Positions 9,223 through 14,434 of a stretch of 14,434 nucleotides of DNA are shown here, piece by piece. Location: contig CAZFGR010000034.1 of the NCBI GenBank assembly GCA_964518475.1, positions 1-14,434 of the forward strand, read 5' to 3'. Both the position numbers and the translations under genes were made by a program. Positions within the stretch are counted from its first letter, which is position 1, and the number at the start of each line of letters is the position of its first letter. This DNA is from an uncultured Nitrososphaerota archaeon (GTDB taxonomy: Archaea; Asgardarchaeota; Njordarchaeia; Njordarchaeales; Njordarchaeaceae). The notes under the pieces are model-generated. The model saw only the letters and a program-made list of their open reading frames with translations. It was not told where the DNA came from and did no database searches.

Positions 9223-10155
9223 CTAGCGACTCATCATCTTCTTCATCAATCTAAAGCCGTCGATAACACCCTTAATAATCGCTTTAAGCACCTCGCATCT
9301 ACGGGCAGAGATCTCTTTGAGAGACAAGATCATATAGTAGGCTGTTACCGCGAGAGAGGCTAGTAATGCTACGGATCTCTGCAATGCGCTCTTGCTCCAC
9401 AGGGCGTGGAAGAGTATGCGGTTTCTGATAGTGTAGTATGCCCGAAGGGGGTTCCTTAGGCGGAAAAACCCTGCTCTATTCTCTTTTGGTAATGGTACGT
9501 CATGCCATACTTTTGCTGTTGGTACAACCATTACCTTATACCCAGCTTTTCTAACCCGTTGACAGAAGTCCGCTTCATCATAATGTATGGGGAATATCTT
9601 TGAATTAAATAGGCCAACTTTTTCGAATATCTTCCTCCGAACCATGAAGGCGTTTGGGAAATCCTCAGACTCGTAGGGCTCCCTATACTGACCGATATCT
9701 CTAGTGTTGTGCCCTACGTATTTTGTTATTGTGGTCCAGTAGTTTCGCTTAATACCAGCACACCCTATCCTTGTTGGGTCCTTTAAGAAGTACATTATTG
9801 GCCCCGTGACGCCTACTTCGGGGTGTTTCTCCATAAACTCTACGAGCTCCCTTATGGTGTTCTTATCCACAACATTATCATCGTCTATCAAGAAGATGTA
9901 CTCGCCCTTAGAAGCTCTTATACCTATGTTCCGTGACTCAGCTAAAAGCTTCTCTTCATTATTGCGTATAACCTTCACCCGAGGGAACAGCCTCTTGATG
10001 TATTCATGCGTACCATCGGTTGAAGCGTCATCAACAACGATGATCTCCAGCCTGTCTCTCGGGTAGTTGCTTTCAAGAATAGACCTAATCAGGCGTGCTA
10101 GTTTCCTCTTCCTATTATATGTGGGGATTACTACTGATACCACTGGTCTATCCAT
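9223..10155 (-). CDS. Glycosyltransferase family 2 (GT-A)
   Basis: VSVVIPTYNR, IIVVDDASTDGT, SRNIGI, FLIDDD (DxD), YDEADFCQR..GYKV..P.AKVWH; C-terminal hydrophobic helix. Confidence 0.93.
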   Translation of the reverse strand: MDRPVVSVVIPTYNRKRKLARLIRSILESNYPRDRLEIIVVDDASTDGTHEYIKRLFPRVKVIRNNEEKLLAESRNIGIRASKGEYIFLIDDDNVVDKNTIRELVEFMEKHPEVGVTGPIMYFLKDPTRIGCAGIKRNYWTTITKYVGHNTRDIGQYREPYESEDFPNAFMVRRKIFEKVGLFNSKIFPIHYDEADFCQRVRKAGYKVMVVPTAKVWHDVPLPKENRAGFFRLRNPLRAYYTIRNRILFHALWSKSALQRSVALLASLAVTAYYMILSLKEISARRCEVLKAIIKGVIDGFRLMKKMMSR

Positions 10156-10431
10156 GAGTATCCCTCTATACCCCCAATATCCTCCAAACTAAGTATTCAT
10201 TAAGACCTCGTTAGTCCATATTAATATCAGACTCGATGTTAAGCAGGATCGCCAAACCTCTGGAGTTGGGAATTGCCCCTTTGTCGCTTTTTGGCAAAGA
10301 TCTAGTTGTTGCGTGTAATTACTTTTGGTAATTTCCATCTTATGTTTACAAACTTTATTTTTAACAGTATGGTAAACCAAAAACTGTAATTAATTTTTTT
10401 CAAATTTAAATCACTACTACACTGTTAACGG

Positions 10432-10570
10432 TTACTTACGAGTTACTTATCAGTACCCCTATTACGTTTAATTGAGCATATATCGAGATCTCTTGGATAC
10501 ACATCATGAAGAGCTCTTAACATAATTAGTACCATCCTCTGGTGATATTGCCTCTCCACTCACCCCTTAT
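10432..10570. repeat. Copy 1 of a diverged ~140-bp direct repeat (partner 13472..13612)
   Basis: By-eye alignment gives ~68-70% identity with one 2-nt gap, mostly transitions. Shared blocks include TTACGAG, GTACCC, TATCGA, ACATAATT, TACCAT, CACTC. Confidence 0.8.
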
Positions 10571-10571
10571 A

Positions 10572-10807
10572 TTCGGTCACTTCCTCCTTCTTCGGCTTGG
10601 TAGACTTTTCCTGACCAGTTTATAAATAATCATAATAACAATTATAAATCTGCCTAGTTGACATATCTTCATTGGGCATCTCTTTTATAGTATGCGTCGC
10701 AAGTAATACGGTTATAATACCTATAAAGGCGCCCCACCATAAAGCCACTACAAAGCCATTAATTATCGAGAACTAGGTTGAGAAAGTAGAAAAATTTGAA
10801 ACACAGC
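10572..10807 (-). mobile_element. Truncated second copy of the IS5-family element (one end plus the transposase 5' end)
   Basis: 10696..10807 is ~88% identical to 9058..9170, and weaker similarity continues to ~10572 (vs ~8935). The end AAATTTGAAACACAGC is a 15/16 inverted match to the IR at 8139. ATG 10672 gives MKICQLGRFIIVIMIIYKLVRKSLPSRRRRK*. Confidence 0.85.
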
Positions 10808-10817
10808 TGTTTAAAGT

Positions 10818-10830
10818 AAAACTTTTTATC
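10818..10830 (+). promoter_or_regulatory. Possible BRE-TATA promoter for the UbiA-HAD cassette
   Basis: AAAACTTTTTATC just outside the IS end. If real, it favours ATG 10879 or 10909 over GTG 10843. Confidence 0.3.
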
Positions 10831-10842
10831 AGGCGATATACA

Positions 10843-11808
10843 GTGAAAAATAGATGGGGAAAAGGGATATTTAAAGTGATGCTTTTAATCTTTTACAACA
10901 CAAACACAATGATTGTAAATCCCATTATTTATCTAAGATTTTTAATTCCATATTTACTATATCTGACTTTATTACACAACGATATAATCAACTTTCATAC
11001 GGTTCTACACTCTATTTTCATTATGGTTGCTCTTCTGTTGTTATATAACGTCACATATATAATCAATGATTATTACGACTACGAGAAAGATCTACTTATA
11101 GGGAGGCGTAAAAGGAGCTTTGTCTATATAATATCTGCCGAATTCAAGTCCATCTTCATAATCCATTTCCTAGAAATAGCAAGCCTATTAATGATATGTA
11201 TGGCTCTTTATGACCATACCGTAGCTGATATGCTGTTAATCCTATACTTGGTTCTAATTATTCTTTCAATAATTCACTCAAAGATTTATCCAGCTAAGTG
11301 TTTTACTTTCCTAGTGCTTAGGTATATCAGAGTGTTTTCTCTGCCTTTTTTTCTTTGTCTCCTTGACTATCCTTTTTCTAAAGAATTTTTGATAGAGACT
11401 CTTATTATTTTTCCCCTATGGAATTATGGAAGTTATTTGGACTATTTACGGACAAAGAACCTAATAGGTAATATTAATGGTATTATCAGATTTCTGTCTC
11501 TCCTTTTTTTAATCAGCCCTTTACTTCTCGCACTTTATGAGGTATTACTGTTTCATTTAAACATATATACTTTAATAACTTTAACTATATTAACAATAGC
11601 ATTAGCGTTTTCACTAAATATTATCAAGCGTTACAATCCTCTAAGGGGTTCCAAAATAATACGTAGACTTTTAAGCTCATTTGGATATCCCGAGCAAGTT
11701 ATAGATGAAAAAGTGGATCTTATCTTAGAGTATTTCATATACTTCCTAGTTTTAGTTGGGATCTTTTTTGCTGAGGTAACCTGTTATGCTAATAGTACTA
11801 GACTTTGA
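10843..11808 (+). CDS. Divergent UbiA-superfamily membrane protein (candidate polyprenyl-phosphate phosphoribosyltransferase)
   Basis: About 8-9 hydrophobic segments. YIINDYYDYEKD is the first Asp-rich NDxxDxxxD motif, followed by basic RRKRS. The start may be ATG 10879 or 10909. Overlaps the downstream HAD gene by 23 nt. Confidence 0.7.
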   Translation: MKNRWGKGIFKVMLLIFYNTNTMIVNPIIYLRFLIPYLLYLTLLHNDIINFHTVLHSIFIMVALLLLYNVTYIINDYYDYEKDLLIGRRKRSFVYIISAEFKSIFIIHFLEIASLLMICMALYDHTVADMLLILYLVLIILSIIHSKIYPAKCFTFLVLRYIRVFSLPFFLCLLDYPFSKEFLIETLIIFPLWNYGSYLDYLRTKNLIGNINGIIRFLSLLFLISPLLLALYEVLLFHLNIYTLITLTILTIALAFSLNIIKRYNPLRGSKIIRRLLSSFGYPEQVIDEKVDLILEYFIYFLVLVGIFFAEVTCYANSTRL

Positions 11809-12397
11809 CGGAACATTAGTTGAAGAAAATTCATCCAGATTATTTGAAAAGCAATTATTGGAAAGAGATCAACCTTCAATATTAAAACATCTTCTTCTCT
11901 TAGTATTCTTCTCAAGATTATCATATTTCGTAGATTTTGTATTAACTATAATTTCGAAAATTACCAATGGTTACGATTTACGGAGAAGAATCATTATAAA
12001 AAATGTCAGCAGACACATTGATGTTCAAAAAATTTGTGAATGTATAGAACTAACTGCCAAAAGTTTAAGCTTTAATAAGTCACTTTCTTCTCTCGTTAGT
12101 TCCTACCAGAATAAGCTTTTAATTCTTTCTAGTGGTCTCGATGTGATTATACGTAAGTTTTTAGAAATAAGAGGAATAAGAGTGAAAGCAGTTATTGCGA
12201 GCAAGCTAACTATTGATCAGAATAGTATAAAACTTTTATACGAAATCAGACCGAAAGACAAAGTGAAAATTTTATGTAGGTTGTCGCATCGTTTCGGGAA
12301 ACTGATCTATATAACTGATGATATGAGGGAATATTACGTTCTAAGAGCAATGTTAATAAGAAATAGTTGTGAAAAAGTAGTCTTAGTCTTGATATAG
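11786..12397 (+). CDS. HAD-superfamily phosphatase (HAD-IB-like)
   Basis: Motif I IVLDFDGTL, motif II ILSSGLD, motif III lysine (PKDKVK), atypical motif IV YITDD. GAGGT lies upstream of the ATG. Confidence 0.82.
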   Translation: MLIVLDFDGTLVEENSSRLFEKQLLERDQPSILKHLLLLVFFSRLSYFVDFVLTIISKITNGYDLRRRIIIKNVSRHIDVQKICECIELTAKSLSFNKSLSSLVSSYQNKLLILSSGLDVIIRKFLEIRGIRVKAVIASKLTIDQNSIKLLYEIRPKDKVKILCRLSHRFGKLIYITDDMREYYVLRAMLIRNSCEKVVLVLI

Positions 12398-12423
12398 TGA
12401 ATACTTAAGCCGGAGGAAAGTCC

Positions 12424-12603
12424 ATGCCCAACGAGGATCCTTTGGCGTCAGTAGTTATACCTACATACAATTCGGAGAATACACTATCACCGCACCTAGA
12501 ATCAATAAAGAGACACAAAAGCATATATAAGAGTATATTGTTTGAGATAATCATAGTTACTAGTATGAATTTTACAGATGATATTGTTGGAACCCGATTG
12601 TAA
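12424..12603 (+). pseudogene. Truncated GT2 N-terminal stub (59 aa)
   Basis: GGAGG then ATG: MPNEDPLASVVIPTYNSENTLSPHLESIKRHKSIYKSILFEIIIVTSMNFTDDIVGTRL*. It parallels the next gene's N-terminus (PLVSVIIPTYNSE...IEIIVVD) but lacks the conserved Asp and the rest of the fold. Confidence 0.75.
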
Positions 12604-12633
12604 AATGGCGGAGATCAAGAACTGCTGGAGAGT

Positions 12634-13467
12634 TTGGTTGGTATGAGGGGCTCTCCGTTAGTTTCTGTGATAATCCCAACTTATAATTCTGAAAAATTTA
12701 TTGAATTGTGCTTGCAGTCGATTAGAAAGCAAACCTATAAAAATATAGAAATCATAGTAGTTGATAAAGGTTCAAAGGATCGTACAACTTCTATCGCTAA
12801 GAAATATACAGATAAGGTTTTCGTTATTCCAGCCAAGGAGAGAAGTGAACAGAAGAATTTTGGAGCGAAAAAAGCTAAAGGTAAGTACTTGTATTTCGTA
12901 GATTCTGATTTCATCTTAGAGCCGACGGTTATTGAAGAAGCTGTTAGTAAATGTGAGAAATACGGTTATGACGCTGTATGCGTTCACAATACATCGGACC
13001 CCCATATAAGCTTCTGGTCAAAAGTTAGAAAATTAGAGAGAGATTGCTACGGGGATGATGAACTAAATGTTGCTGCTAGATTTATTAGAAAAAATGTTTT
13101 TGAGAGCATTGGTGGATTCGATGAAGAACTAGTCGCTGGAGAAGATTATGATTTCCACAACAGATTGCTGAAAGCGGGGTACAAAGTTGGTAGAATCAAG
13201 GCTAAGGAAATACATGTTGGAGAACCAAGATCCTTATGGGAAATAGCTAAGAAACACTATTATTACGGAAAAACACTACCAAGATTCTTAAAAAAGAATA
13301 AGAAACGCGGGATAAAACAGCTAAGCCCCTTAAGACCAGCATATTTGAAACATTGGAAGGAATTCGCCAAACACCCCATTCTAACACTGGGTTTTATCAT
13401 CTACCAAATAGTTCGGTACACTTCGGCGGGACTGGGATATTTAGTTGGAATGGTAAAAAAAGAATAA
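12634..13467 (+). CDS. Glycosyltransferase family 2 (GT-A)
   Basis: VSVIIPTYNS, IIVVDKGSKDRT, FVDSD (DxD), GGFDEELVAGEDYDF; C-terminal hydrophobic helix. The start may be ATG 12643. Confidence 0.93.
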   Translation: MVGMRGSPLVSVIIPTYNSEKFIELCLQSIRKQTYKNIEIIVVDKGSKDRTTSIAKKYTDKVFVIPAKERSEQKNFGAKKAKGKYLYFVDSDFILEPTVIEEAVSKCEKYGYDAVCVHNTSDPHISFWSKVRKLERDCYGDDELNVAARFIRKNVFESIGGFDEELVAGEDYDFHNRLLKAGYKVGRIKAKEIHVGEPRSLWEIAKKHYYYGKTLPRFLKKNKKRGIKQLSPLRPAYLKHWKEFAKHPILTLGFIIYQIVRYTSAGLGYLVGMVKKE

Positions 13468-13471
13468 AAGT

Positions 13472-13612
13472 TTATTTACGAGCCGCTTACCGGTACCCTA
13501 ATTATATCTAATTAAGCAGATTTATCGAAATCTTATGGATCCATGCTTTGAGGAACTCTCGACATAATTGATACCATACCCTACTAATGTTGGCTCCTCA
13601 CTCTTTTCCCAT
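13472..13612. repeat. Copy 2 of the ~140-bp direct repeat
   Basis: Aligns with 10432..10570 and begins 4 nt after the GT2 stop. Confidence 0.8.
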
Positions 13613-13950
13613 TGGATCTTCACAAATGTGCTTCAGCGCAATGTACTTCGTCGCCTCATTCAGCACTAGCGCTAACTGCTTGACCTCTTTGATGCCCTGA
13701 AGACTATCCAGTAGTCTCTCAAGAATTTTCTAGGAGGCATTATCGGTACCCGCGGATCAATGTATGTTAGGAACTTGTGCTTCTCAATATTCTTCCAGCT
13801 AAGGCCTTCGCCAAACTCCCTCCTCAAGACTTCTTAGGTGGCTCTAAGGGTCAAGCCGCTCAATAACTCCCTAAGCTTAGGAATCTTACGCAATGTAACT
13901 CCTTAGCACCAAGGCCCAGCAACTTTGCCAGAGTCTTGGGACGCTCGGGG
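13475..13950 (-). pseudogene. Decayed gene of unknown family
   Basis: Protein-like pieces across frameshifts and stops: KTLAKLLGLGAKE / LRKIPKLRELLSGLTLRAT*EVLRREFGEGLSWKNIEKHKFLTYIDPRVP / KILERLLDSLQGIKEVKQLALVLNEATKYIALKHICEDPMGKE*GANISRVWYQLCREFLKAWIHKIS. Repeat copy 1 has TGG where this copy has TGA. Boundaries are approximate. Confidence 0.5.
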
Positions 13951-14319
13951 CTCGAAAACTGTAACAACTCAGATACAGAAACGTTTCGAAACAGTAACGG
14001 ATAATACTATCCCGCCCATCTTCATTGAGGTTCTTTGGGGGCAAGATCTCCCTCTTCAGAATTCTTAGACAAGAGAAAAATCGAACTTAGTTATCTCCAT
14101 ATTGGGTATCGTTCTGATTGCAATTATTATACTACGGAAAACTTTAACCCATTGAGGAAGTACTCCTCGTTTTTTAGAGGAAGATTTTCATAATATATTA
14201 GCTATTATTTGCGATAAAACCTTTCCTTTTTAGTTCATTTTTATTCTTACTCGCCTTTTATTTACTAAACACTTTCCTTTAAATCCTTATCGAAATGTCC
14301 TAAAATCTCTTGGTATACT

Positions 14320-14433
14320 CTATGACCCTCTTAGGAGGATTCTGGATAATACCTTCTTAAAGTCCTCTGCACTTTTGTCCCAGTTGAATTGTTTTGCCCA
14401 ATTTAGAGCGTTCTCTGCTAGTTCTCTCCATAG
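14320..14433 (-). CDS. C-terminal end of a GT4 glycosyltransferase (enters from beyond the window)
   Basis: LWRELAENALNWAKQFNWDKSAEDFKKVLSRILLRGS* matches the terminal helices of GT4 enzymes; compare MSENNKAKAQEWRWEKV in 6719..7873. Confidence 0.8.
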   Translation of the reverse strand, partial: LWRELAENALNWAKQFNWDKSAEDFKKVLSRILLRGS

Positions 14434-14434
14434 T

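Noticed and set aside
9806-10066. 86-aa plus-strand ORF
   Set aside because: Ser-rich antisense shadow of the GT2.
10189-10380. 63-aa minus-strand ORF
   Set aside because: TTG start, no motif, AT-rich; more likely the GT2 upstream region.
10361-10450. Imperfect inverted repeat (ACAGT..TGGT/ACCA..ACTGT) and GTTACTTA twice
   Set aside because: Could be an operator, but is too short to distinguish from chance in AT-rich DNA.
13951-14000. Short repeats as a CRISPR remnant or terminal inverted repeat
   Set aside because: Only two imperfect 13-14-bp units, no cas genes, and the inverted match to 13470/10431 is too weak.
14221-14280. T-rich tract as a terminator
   Set aside because: It is T-rich on the plus strand, ~750 nt from the nearest plus-strand stop, and on the wrong strand for the GT4 ending at 14320.

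Overview
Archaeal-type cell-surface glycosylation locus, heavily reshaped by mobile DNA; the archaeal assignment is inferred from gene content and signals. The minus-strand arm, in transcription order, holds a GT2, a decayed IS5-family element, a methyltransferase-like C-terminal remnant, a GT4, an alkaline-phosphatase-superfamily enzyme, a 1033-aa GT-C-like membrane protein with a CBM-like domain, a broken small membrane gene, a Wzx/AglR-like flippase, and the start of a sequon-rich lipoprotein that the ORF track missed. An AT-rich plus-strand cassette (divergent UbiA-family protein, overlapping HAD phosphatase, GT2 stub, GT2) follows a second partial IS copy and is bracketed by ~140-bp diverged direct repeats. 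The window ends with the 3' end of another GT4. The best candidate for a new system is UbiA + HAD + AftD/YfhO-like GT-C + flippase: a possible archaeal lipid-linked pentofuranose pathway analogous to mycobacterial DPPR/DPA synthesis. This is inference and untested. All alignments and translations were done by eye.
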